Below, in pieces: positions 56,001 through 63,584 of a stretch of DNA of 64,000 nt. The translations under genes were made by a program, and so were the position numbers. The notes under the pieces are model-generated. The model had not been told where the DNA came from. It ran no database searches and saw only the letters and a program-made list of their open reading frames with translations. The stretch is from an uncultured Erysipelotrichaceae bacterium (GTDB taxonomy: Bacteria > Bacillota_I > Bacilli_A > RF39 > UBA660): positions 3,917-67,916 of the forward strand of contig CADANC010000008.1 of the NCBI GenBank assembly GCA_902789225.1. The letters are read 5' to 3'. Positions within the stretch are counted from its first letter, which is position 1. Every line of letters begins with the position of its first letter.

Positions 56001-56386
56001 ACAGCATTACTTTTAGGCTTACATTCTAATGTTACTTTTGTTACTTTTGATTCGTCTTCTTTGTCTTTAGTGTAAGTAACTGTTAGATTTAAATCTTCTA
56101 ATTCTTGTCCACATCTTTTTTTAGTAGCCTTTTCTTCATCTGCGCTAAGTTCTCCATTGTGCTCTATTTCAAGTTTGTCAAAAGCATCCAGACCAATTGT
56201 ATCTGATTTTGTACTAGTATCAGTTTTATTTACTGCTTTTTCTTCATTTTCAATAGTTTCTTCTTTTGCTGCATTGTTGCTTTTTTCATTAAATATAATT
56301 CCAACACTAACTAATACGAATAACATAACAATTAATAATGGAATTAATTTAAGATTGCCCTTCTTTTTATGCATTTTGTTCATCAC
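53012..56386 (-). CDS. Giant N-anchored Cys-rich extracellular protein (candidate adhesin/tip component)
   Basis: 1124 aa with a single N-terminal TM segment and about 35 Cys by manual count, including the cluster CNTQPCCVGDECPTDQCDNPPCDN. There is no C-terminal sorting signal. Confidence 0.55.
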   Translation of the reverse strand: MMNKMHKKKGNLKLIPLLIVMLFVLVSVGIIFNEKSNNAAKEETIENEEKAVNKTDTSTKSDTIGLDAFDKLEIEHNGELSADEEKATKKRCGQELEDLNLTVTYTKDKEDESKVTKVTLECKPKSNAVKTIANGSTVKIKVSGENINDGTITCKDGITTNEKFTPKDTKKATNIELNIDFYVPKEEDREEGKGYCKNATWKTSYGTIEIGTSGNGYSLTEPYVRTATGSRTITPISETSTDDPNEHMDGYKISGLYPENLAQINTTIAKQSAQEGVPTAVSRDSTSTNYEVSEGTDLASISYSYNEYNSAFEAKAGCSGDSCFGEVGKLKKINDRAYSYKFAEKEVASADAIKPDKISEKISLYCDENLTKDEIKLIEAYNRQTAKKYHEDQHTAELTQYYYDESNTTYFKGVQVFKYKIGKYIYNYSNNQVTEDAGYCLRTCNEVVKVDYGPPVYSRGGMCFEYRIKVSSIVNCEADTSHIKTPKCDQNICLPVPICNGYRVGGTLRSSNGYGSTPDTPTNVPPQSHQGGPNEEFDACVMNCDGGKYTDACSEKCYSEVYENNTSATAKQMGLNTLNNVRTVQLANTNTANLSGMYHYVRGGGVRFNSPGHSTIGGAGYSASAFGTTPGLWYLRANYIVKANSTSGYMVNTNGIIRNPNCTDNCFWSGCESNNTYLDFDCNIQPGAKVTVNYYNADTGATDTVDICTADDLQAKDCEYNEKRYQAAVRACKAATTCANSEATYTIKFKYQEDGTKGTSKKIIEVDTNTNNKTSHINKVVKNDIKPGTILSYGGCYGNVDGKRWYQTEWTTPGTWQENKHQYASYDKPAAGQTGWTYLEGQVCLSPYVYETNKAWANEYLKSFVSDDYSPSFSGKFSKKKYSENAVNSESRLEGYNIYGEATGEGAAGGFGYFGWKFSVSCFYAISNETTSCNTQPCCVGDECPTDQCDNPPCDNDTTNYTARSFDEKNPIVNSTQTRVILEDGTLLSNLENLPFNWSKDATMKYFAAGGYDNNPERLLQEIINNAESGQTFSEEQIDYEFIMDTDVINFIRQYNRDHRNYAFDAKVEDPQVSRETGVQYYESKFLDQLETLTLKDGTRVVTPRSQDRGSMRAKNYRAQGSLE

Positions 56387-57176
56387 CTTTCATTAATTTT
56401 TCAATTTTTTTATAATTATCTGTTTTTGCAACAGTATAATCCGTAACTTTTTCCCCATTTCTTAGCATTCTTCCTTCTATTACAAATGAGGAATGGTAAG
56501 AACCTCCATACATTCTAGTACATGTTACCAGAGTGATGAGATTATCATTACCATTTACATCTACATCTAGCTTATATATACTTTCTTCTTTAACTTTTTT
56601 TATATATTCATCTCTTTCTTTTTGTGAAAGATTGCTTGATATTGTTTCACTTTTATCTTGATAATCTAAATTAGTTGTTACAGCATAAATCTTATATAAG
56701 TAATTTTTATTATCAATAGTATATTGAATATATTTATTTTCTTTAACAAAATCATAATATATATACGCCATTAAATCATCAAATCTAGTGTACATTTTTT
56801 TGTTTACTCCAGGTGTTGCAGATAGATTTAATAGATTATGTCCTATGATAACAGTTCTATTTTCTAATTTTTTAGAATCACTTAAATTCCAAACATAATT
56901 TTTATTAATAAAACTTCCATCATATTCATCTGTATAATATATTACTTGGCTATCTATATTTGTTCCTTGAACTCTCAACCAGCCAGTTGTTTTATACATT
57001 TTTGTATCTTTTTGTTTTTCTTCTTGGATATTCTTTGTTCTATCTTCTATTTTATATATTTCTTCTTTTCCAGTGTTGATATATATTAATGATGCTATTA
57101 TGAAGATAATTATTAATATGGGTATGATTATTTCTTTTTTATCTACTGATGACATATGGATCATTGAATGAACCAC
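56367..57176 (-). CDS. Sortase, class-B-like
   Basis: 269 aa with an N-terminal TM segment, GWLRVQGTNIDSQVIYY (SrtB-like), catalytic His (VIIGHN), TLVTC and a downstream Arg (VIEGRML). The start is uncertain (57176, 57164 or 57155). Confidence 0.85.
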   Translation of the reverse strand: MVHSMIHMSSVDKKEIIIPILIIIFIIASLIYINTGKEEIYKIEDRTKNIQEEKQKDTKMYKTTGWLRVQGTNIDSQVIYYTDEYDGSFINKNYVWNLSDSKKLENRTVIIGHNLLNLSATPGVNKKMYTRFDDLMAYIYYDFVKENKYIQYTIDNKNYLYKIYAVTTNLDYQDKSETISSNLSQKERDEYIKKVKEESIYKLDVDVNGNDNLITLVTCTRMYGGSYHSSFVIEGRMLRNGEKVTDYTVAKTDNYKKIEKLMKGDEQNA

Positions 57177-58947
57177 TTCCAGTTACTATTGTAGCATCTT
57201 TTGCTAAGAATGCTTCTACTCTAACTGATTTTTCTGTAGCACTAGAATATGGATCTGTTACTATGACTCCAAGATTTGCCATATATGTATATTCAGTTTT
57301 GCTATTAGTATAATTCATAACCCAGTATTCTCTCATTCCTTCTCCTCTTGTTTCAAACACATTATATAAATCAAATATATCTGGAGCAAATAATTTTGTT
57401 TTGTATTCTTTAGTTTCTTTTTCTTTTCCATAAGCTATATTATCTTTATATATTGGAACATTTATTGTAGAAGATACTAAATATTTTGTATTAATAAATT
57501 CACTTGCTTTATTCTTAATAAAATATCCTATATTTCCACTTTCGTTTGGATTATAAGTATATCTATCTTGTGATTTTCCATCGTTTTTTGCTGTAATTTC
57601 ATATCCATTTGTGTCTCTTAAGATATCTGTTGAGATTATTCTAGTAGGTTCTTCTTTTTTAGTTTCTACTATTCTCCACTTGTAGTTATTTATTTGAATA
57701 TACTCTCCTGGGAATCTTTCATTTACTAAAGTTCCTGATTTTCCAGGTTTTACATCTTCAGTCAATATATATGGATTGTTTTCAGTTCCATTACCAGATT
57801 TTAATAATGCATTACCATCAATTGTAAATGTAGGTCTTACTCCATTTATATGTTTAACTGGTTCAGTAAATATTTTAGTATCATTAAATACATTAAACAT
57901 TCTTGCTACATAAGCATTATCTTCATCTAATTTATTACCTAGCCAATCCATTGATTCTGTCAACATCCATGTTTCTTCTTCTTTTGTTCTATTATAGTCT
58001 ACAACTGAGTTTATGTATATATTTCTTTCATCTGTATAACTAGAACATTCAGTTGTATCTAGATTTTCTACACTTAATACATCTTTACAATATTTTTCTT
58101 TAACAATTAATTTTCTTGTTTCTGGTGCTAGTGACTTATAATACTTTTCTAAATAACTATCTAAACCAGTGTAATTTACATGGCCTATTGTGTCTTCTGT
58201 AGTTACTCTAACATTTCCATTACTATCAAGTCCTATTATTCTAAATAAACTTCCAGATAGTCGGATATAGTTATTACTAGCATCTCTTCCTTTGTACATT
58301 CCTGTTTCTGTACTTTCTTTTATTGTAGATTTTATTACTTCAACTACCTTTATTGTTCTTTTTATCTCTGTTTGATTGCTTAAACTATCGAATGCTGTAT
58401 AAGTAATAGTATATGTTCCAACTCTTGATGTATCAACCTCTCCTTTTATTGAAACATCTTCTACCTTTAATTTTCCATCCACATTATCAACCACAGCTTT
58501 TACACCAGGATCTTTGAAATTTTCATTTTTGTTTATTCTCATTGTTTCTTCACCATTTAGCACTATTGTAGGGCCTTCATGGTCTATGTTTGATTTTAAT
58601 GCTCCACAATCTAAATAAACATAATATTTATAATTTGTTCCATCTTTTCTAACTTTTACCCAACTCTTTGTTGTAGAACAATACTTGCCATTTAGAGGTG
58701 ATTTAAAGTCATCTTGAATGTATTTTTCATTATATAAAGTTGACAATTTTACAACTGATATTCTTTTTCCTGTAGGAAGTCTTGTTTCATTTATTTGAAA
58801 ATATCTTTCTGCGGCTTTCTTCATTGTACTTTCATATGTCTTAAACTTTACATAAGGTCTAATTAGCAAGAAATAAGCCAATCCTACTATAATAGCAACA
58901 ATTATTATATTTCGAATTGTTTTTTTATAGTTTTTTTTCTCTCCCAT
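57139..58947 (-). CDS. N-anchored surface protein with Ig-like (DUF5011-type) domain, paralog of the 422-aa ORF
   Basis: 602 aa. HEGPTIVLNGEE...FKDPGVKAVVDNVDGKL...GEVDTSRVGTYTITYTAFDSLSNQTEIKRTIKV fits a bacterial Ig-like domain. It has two G-x-G-(S/T)-x-x-(N/D)-P-Y motifs and shares the YLDCG and NNYI.L...FRII modules. Confidence 0.55.
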   Translation of the reverse strand: MGEKKNYKKTIRNIIIVAIIVGLAYFLLIRPYVKFKTYESTMKKAAERYFQINETRLPTGKRISVVKLSTLYNEKYIQDDFKSPLNGKYCSTTKSWVKVRKDGTNYKYYVYLDCGALKSNIDHEGPTIVLNGEETMRINKNENFKDPGVKAVVDNVDGKLKVEDVSIKGEVDTSRVGTYTITYTAFDSLSNQTEIKRTIKVVEVIKSTIKESTETGMYKGRDASNNYIRLSGSLFRIIGLDSNGNVRVTTEDTIGHVNYTGLDSYLEKYYKSLAPETRKLIVKEKYCKDVLSVENLDTTECSSYTDERNIYINSVVDYNRTKEEETWMLTESMDWLGNKLDEDNAYVARMFNVFNDTKIFTEPVKHINGVRPTFTIDGNALLKSGNGTENNPYILTEDVKPGKSGTLVNERFPGEYIQINNYKWRIVETKKEEPTRIISTDILRDTNGYEITAKNDGKSQDRYTYNPNESGNIGYFIKNKASEFINTKYLVSSTINVPIYKDNIAYGKEKETKEYKTKLFAPDIFDLYNVFETRGEGMREYWVMNYTNSKTEYTYMANLGVIVTDPYSSATEKSVRVEAFLAKDATIVTGSGSFNDPYVISR

Positions 58948-58961
58948 AATATTCTTACCTC

Positions 58962-60515
58962 TTATTTAATCTTGTAAATATACCTTTTATTTCTAATAGT
59001 AAATTGGATGTACAATTCATTAGATTGTTCTACTTCTCTTGGAACAAGCGTGTAATAATACTTTCCACTGTACGTCTCTCTTGTCATAGATTTCATGCTT
59101 ATTGCCTGTTTCTTACCATTACTATCTATATAAATAATTTTACCATAATCAGTTGAAAAGTCAATTATATCTTTAGCCTCATAATCATCTGTTCCGTAAG
59201 ATAATATCATTATTTTTTTGTCCTCTGTAGAAGCTAAATCTCTATTAATATTTTCACATCCTGTGTTCTCATTACATTTCGTTAAAACATAGTAAGAATT
59301 TTCATAAAAATCAACACCATCTAGGATAATATTTTCATCTTTTCCTTTTATTGTTATAGTGAAATCATCACCTAATGACATATCCTTTTGTGTTTTTATT
59401 TTACTTAGATTATTTACTTTTAGTTTTATTTTTCTTAAATAAGTGTTAGAGCCGTTATATTCTTGATAAAATAGTACGAATCTACTTGGTCTTAAATTTT
59501 TTTTAACTTTAAATATCATTAGGAATGTTTTAGATTTGCCTCTTCCTAATTCAGAACCATCATATATTGGGCCCATATCTTTGAAATATTTTTCATTTGT
59601 TTTTGAAGATTCTGTATAATCAGACACTCCATTGAATAAGTGAAAATGATCAATATTAACAACCCTCATAGTAGCATTATTTGTTATTGTTACATCTACT
59701 ATTACATAGGCATTAGTATCTGAAATTATATCACCATTAAAAGATTTATCTGTATAATATACATTATTTACTTTTATAGTATAGCCGTTAGCTGTATAGG
59801 TATCTCCTTGTGAGTATGATTTATGAGATGCTATTGTAGTTATTGTATTCCTAACTAAAATTATTGAAAAAACTATTATAACTACATAGACAATTATTTT
59901 ATGTTCCATGTAGAAATAATTTAAGTTTCTTAGTATCTTTCTTCCAAAACGTTCAATAGAATGTTTGTCGAAATCAATGTTTATTTCAAATTCGCCCTGA
60001 TCTTCTTGACTTAATTCTAAATATTCTTTATCTAGTTGGAAATTAAATTTTTTTAAGTCTACTCCTAATATCCTCACTATAAATAGAATGAGTGAAGGAA
60101 ACTCTAAAACATTTATAAATATTGCTATATCTCTATACAGAGTTATTTGGCTTCTTTCATAAGCTCCTGAAAAGCTATTGAAGTATATACTAATCAAGGC
60201 ATTTATAAGAAACATTACAAAATATGTAATAAATGGTACTAAATATAATTTCCATGGTTTATTTTTTCTTTTTAATAATAAGATAAAAATAAAACACGTT
60301 ATTGCTACAAGAAGAATGATTATTTGCAAGTAAAAAGGAATATAATGAGATATTGGGTCATTTGTTTTATCATATACACCAAGATCCATGTATTCATTTA
60401 AGAAGCTCATTATTCTTGAATAACGTAAATATATGAATATAGATACAATTAGTAAAGCTATATGTATACGTTTAAAATACTTAATAAAAAAAGTATAAGG
60501 CTTTCTTATTATCAT
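58962..60515 (-). CDS. Polytopic membrane protein with extracellular DUF4352-like beta domain; first gene of the locus
   Basis: 517 aa with about 5 TM helices, followed by ...YVIVDVTITNNATMRVVNIDHFHLF..., which resembles DUF4352 Ig-like domains. Confidence 0.5.
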   Translation of the reverse strand: MIIRKPYTFFIKYFKRIHIALLIVSIFIYLRYSRIMSFLNEYMDLGVYDKTNDPISHYIPFYLQIIILLVAITCFIFILLLKRKNKPWKLYLVPFITYFVMFLINALISIYFNSFSGAYERSQITLYRDIAIFINVLEFPSLILFIVRILGVDLKKFNFQLDKEYLELSQEDQGEFEINIDFDKHSIERFGRKILRNLNYFYMEHKIIVYVVIIVFSIILVRNTITTIASHKSYSQGDTYTANGYTIKVNNVYYTDKSFNGDIISDTNAYVIVDVTITNNATMRVVNIDHFHLFNGVSDYTESSKTNEKYFKDMGPIYDGSELGRGKSKTFLMIFKVKKNLRPSRFVLFYQEYNGSNTYLRKIKLKVNNLSKIKTQKDMSLGDDFTITIKGKDENIILDGVDFYENSYYVLTKCNENTGCENINRDLASTEDKKIMILSYGTDDYEAKDIIDFSTDYGKIIYIDSNGKKQAISMKSMTRETYSGKYYYTLVPREVEQSNELYIQFTIRNKRYIYKIK

Positions 60516-60550
60516 AAATATTCTCCTATTCTCTATAAGTATACAATAAA

Positions 60551-60580
60551 ATTATATTAAATTAAAGCATTTATTTACAA
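60551..60580 (-). promoter_or_regulatory. Sigma-A promoter (TTGTAA-N18-TATAAT) heading the Tad/T4SS locus
   Basis: Minus strand: TTGTAA at 60580-60575, an 18-nt spacer, TATAAT at 60556-60551. The RBS TAGGAGAA precedes the ATG at 60515. Confidence 0.55.
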
Positions 60581-60617
60581 AAAAAAATATAGCTTTTTTT
60601 AATTAGCTATATTTTTT
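60579..60617 (-). terminator. Rho-independent terminator of greA
   Basis: Minus strand reads ATATAGCT-AATTAAAAAA-AGCTATAT followed by TTTTTTTT. Confidence 0.7.
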
Positions 60618-61088
60618 TTATTTAATTTCAGTTATTACTAAATCGTAAGATCCATTAGGTGATTCTACTGTTACTGTATCTCCTACCTTATGATCTAATA
60701 AAGCTTGAGCAATTGGGCTTTCATTTGAAATTTTTCCTTCAAATGGATCTGCTTCTTGTGAACCAACTATTCTATATTCGTCTTCATCATCTTCATCTAC
60801 ATACTTTACAGATACAACATTTCCTATTCCAACGCTATCTGTTTTTATTTCTTTGATGATTGAAACATTTTCTAACATTCTTTCTAGTTCTTTTACTCTA
60901 GCTTCTATTTGAGCTTGTTCATTACGAGCAGCATCATATTCAGCATTTTCAGATAAGTCTCCATATGATCTAGCTTCTTTTATTGCTTGAATGTTTGCTG
61001 GACGCTTTACATTTATTAATTCATCTAATTCTCTCTTTAAATCATTTAACCCTTCTTCAGTTAAATATACTTCTTTGTTATTTGCCAT
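60618..61088 (-). CDS. greA: Transcription elongation factor GreA
   Basis: 156 aa from the ATG at 61088; the GTG at 61097 lies inside the RBS GAGGTGA. It contains LTEEG...L..EL..L....RP.....I..AR..GDLSENAEYDAA and a C-terminal FKBP-like domain. Confidence 0.93.
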   Translation of the reverse strand: MANNKEVYLTEEGLNDLKRELDELINVKRPANIQAIKEARSYGDLSENAEYDAARNEQAQIEARVKELERMLENVSIIKEIKTDSVGIGNVVSVKYVDEDDEDEYRIVGSQEADPFEGKISNESPIAQALLDHKVGDTVTVESPNGSYDLVITEIK

Positions 61089-61290
61089 GGTTTTCACCTC
61101 ATTTTATTAATATTTTTTTGTGTTAAATTTTAGCCTTAACATGTGGTAATATATCATATTTAATTATTCTAATCAAGAAATTATTTCTAGTTATTTTCTA
61201 TTTTCTTTTTAGATAATTATTAATATATGATACCCCTCTCACAAACAGGTATAATTATAGCACAATTCACTAAATTTATCAAGTATTTTG

Positions 61291-62412
61291 TTAATCTTTT
61301 ATACGTTTAATCTCATTATTGAAGTATGTATCTGTCATACCTGCTATATAATCAATTACTATTCTTTTATTATTAGTATTTGCTTTATATTCTTCTGATT
61401 GATCTTTTAGAAATTCATTTATAATTTTTGAATCTTTATTATTAGTTTCTAAATCATTTAAGTATTCTTTATATATTTTATTCATTCCTGATTCATAATA
61501 ATCAAGTTCTTCTGAAGTCATACTTTTATTATATATATTATTATAATTAAATTTCTTTAATTCTAGTAAAGCTTTATATACTTCGTCACTCAATTTTATA
61601 TATGGCTTATTCATACTATTTTGAATTATATCAAGAATTACTCTATTTATTATATCTTTATTTGTTTCTCCTAGAACTTCTGATATTTCTTTAGGAATTG
61701 ATTTTTCTTTAATTACTCCTAATCTTACAGCATCTTCTATATCTCTTCCAACATAAGCTATGATATCTGAAATTCTAACAACACATCCTTCTAGTGTCAT
61801 TGCTGAATACTTTTTAGATGCTTCTAAATCTTTATATGCTAGATTATACATATCTAAAAACTCTTCCTTTGTTTTCTTCATAGGTTTGTAGATAGGTTCT
61901 AATATTTCACCATTATGTGTAAATATTCCATCTAATACTTGAACTGATAAATTTAGTCCTTCACCTGCTTTTTCTATATACATTAGATTTCTTACACTTT
62001 GAACATTATGTGCAAAATAAGATATTCTATTTAACATAGCTTCTCCTGCATGACCTAGAGGAGTATGACCTATATCATGTCCTAGTGCTATAGCTTCAAT
62101 TAAATCTTCATTTAAGTTTAAGGCTCTTCCTATTGTTCTTGCTATTTTAGATACAAATTGTACATGAATCATTCTATGAGAAACATGATCATTTTCTCTA
62201 AATGGAAATACCTGAGTTTTATTTTGATATCTTAAGAAACTTAATGAATATATAATTCTATCTATATCATGATAAAAAGATGGTCTTATATCTGATTGTT
62301 TTTCTTCATTAAATCTTACTGATTCATTAGACAAAGTTGCGTATTTACTTAAATCTTTTTCTTTATTAAAAAAATTATTTTTAGCTTCTTCTAAGTAATC
62401 CATATTAGGCAC
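61291..62412 (-). CDS. HD-domain dNTP triphosphohydrolase-like protein (dGTPase family)
   Basis: 373 aa with RMIHVQFVS...ALGHDIGHTPLGHAGE and a C-terminal DYIAGMTDTY. Confidence 0.8.
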   Translation of the reverse strand: MPNMDYLEEAKNNFFNKEKDLSKYATLSNESVRFNEEKQSDIRPSFYHDIDRIIYSLSFLRYQNKTQVFPFRENDHVSHRMIHVQFVSKIARTIGRALNLNEDLIEAIALGHDIGHTPLGHAGEAMLNRISYFAHNVQSVRNLMYIEKAGEGLNLSVQVLDGIFTHNGEILEPIYKPMKKTKEEFLDMYNLAYKDLEASKKYSAMTLEGCVVRISDIIAYVGRDIEDAVRLGVIKEKSIPKEISEVLGETNKDIINRVILDIIQNSMNKPYIKLSDEVYKALLELKKFNYNNIYNKSMTSEELDYYESGMNKIYKEYLNDLETNNKDSKIINEFLKDQSEEYKANTNNKRIVIDYIAGMTDTYFNNEIKRIKD

Positions 62413-63583
62413 CTCTTATTAATCTAATCATTGAATATTCTTCTACTTCTTTATCGAAAGGTAATTTTAATACTTCTTCTGGATGACGAGCAACATCTAA
62501 TTCATTCATATCTTCATCATAGATATTTTTTATTTTATATTCATATGTAGTTCCTGATGGAGTAAATATTTCTACTAAGTCACCTTTTTTAAAGTAATTT
62601 CTTTCTACTAGAACAATACATTTGTTTTCTTTATCATATCCTGTTATCAATCCAAGATAATCTTGATTAGATAATTCTTGTCTTCCTGTAAAATATTGAT
62701 CTTTTTCATCTGCTTCATGCATAAAGTAATGAGATGTTGTTTCTCTATTAGCTACTCTATTTAATCTTTCTTCATATACTTCCATTTTTTCTGGTGTTAG
62801 AGTATTATCATATAATTCGTCTACTATCTTTCTATATGTTCCTATTACTGTTGCTAGATAATAGATACTTCTCATTCTTCCTTCAACTTTCATTGAAGTT
62901 ACTCCTATATCAATTAAGTCTTTAATATATTTAGACATATTCATATCTTTAGTTGCTAGTGTGAAGTCTTCTCCATCTGTTTTGAATGCAAATCTACATA
63001 TTTGAGCACATCCTCCACGATTAGCATCTCTATTAGTTACATAATTTGATAGTGCACATCTTCCTGAAAAGCATGTACACATAGCCCCATGAATGAATAC
63101 TTCTATATCAGTATTTGTTTTATCAATTATTTCTTTAATTTCTTTTTTAGATAATTCACGAGCAAGTACTACTCTATCTACTCCATTCTTTTCGAAAAAT
63201 AATACTGTTTCATAATTTGTAGTAGAATTTTGAGTTGATAAATGAACTTCTACTTTTGGAAAGTTTTTCTTTATATAAGAAATAATAAATGGGTCACTTA
63301 CAATAAAAGCATCTATTCCACAAGCTACTACATCTTTAATATATTCTTCTACTCCTGCCATATCACTATTGTGGAATACAATATTTAATGTTAGATGGAC
63401 TCTTTTTCCTAGTTTATGAGCAAAATCACAAGCTTCTTTTATTTCTTCTAAACTAAAATTAGTTGCGTTTGCACGTAGTGAATATTTTTGTCCACCGATA
63501 TATACTGCATCTGCTCCATAAAGAAGAGTTACTTTTAATCTTTCTAGATCTCCTGCCGGAGATAATAATTCAATTTTTTTCAT
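62405..63583 (-). CDS. Peptidase U32 family protein (YrrO/TrhP-like size)
   Basis: 392 aa with ELLSPAGDLERLK, ADAVYIGG, HLSTQ, the Cys motifs CTCFSGRC and GGCAQICR, and VEGRMRSIYY. Confidence 0.85.
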   Translation of the reverse strand: MKKIELLSPAGDLERLKVTLLYGADAVYIGGQKYSLRANATNFSLEEIKEACDFAHKLGKRVHLTLNIVFHNSDMAGVEEYIKDVVACGIDAFIVSDPFIISYIKKNFPKVEVHLSTQNSTTNYETVLFFEKNGVDRVVLARELSKKEIKEIIDKTNTDIEVFIHGAMCTCFSGRCALSNYVTNRDANRGGCAQICRFAFKTDGEDFTLATKDMNMSKYIKDLIDIGVTSMKVEGRMRSIYYLATVIGTYRKIVDELYDNTLTPEKMEVYEERLNRVANRETTSHYFMHEADEKDQYFTGRQELSNQDYLGLITGYDKENKCIVLVERNYFKKGDLVEIFTPSGTTYEYKIKNIYDEDMNELDVARHPEEVLKLPFDKEVEEYSMIRLIRGA

Positions 63584-63584
63584 A

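Noticed and set aside
33824-60580. Calling the block an integrative conjugative element, plasmid remnant or prophage
   Set aside because: No integrase/recombinase, relaxase, replication gene, phage structural gene or flanking direct repeat could be recognised, and the block is not next to a tRNA gene. Mobility cannot be supported from this window, though it cannot be excluded without whole-genome comparison.
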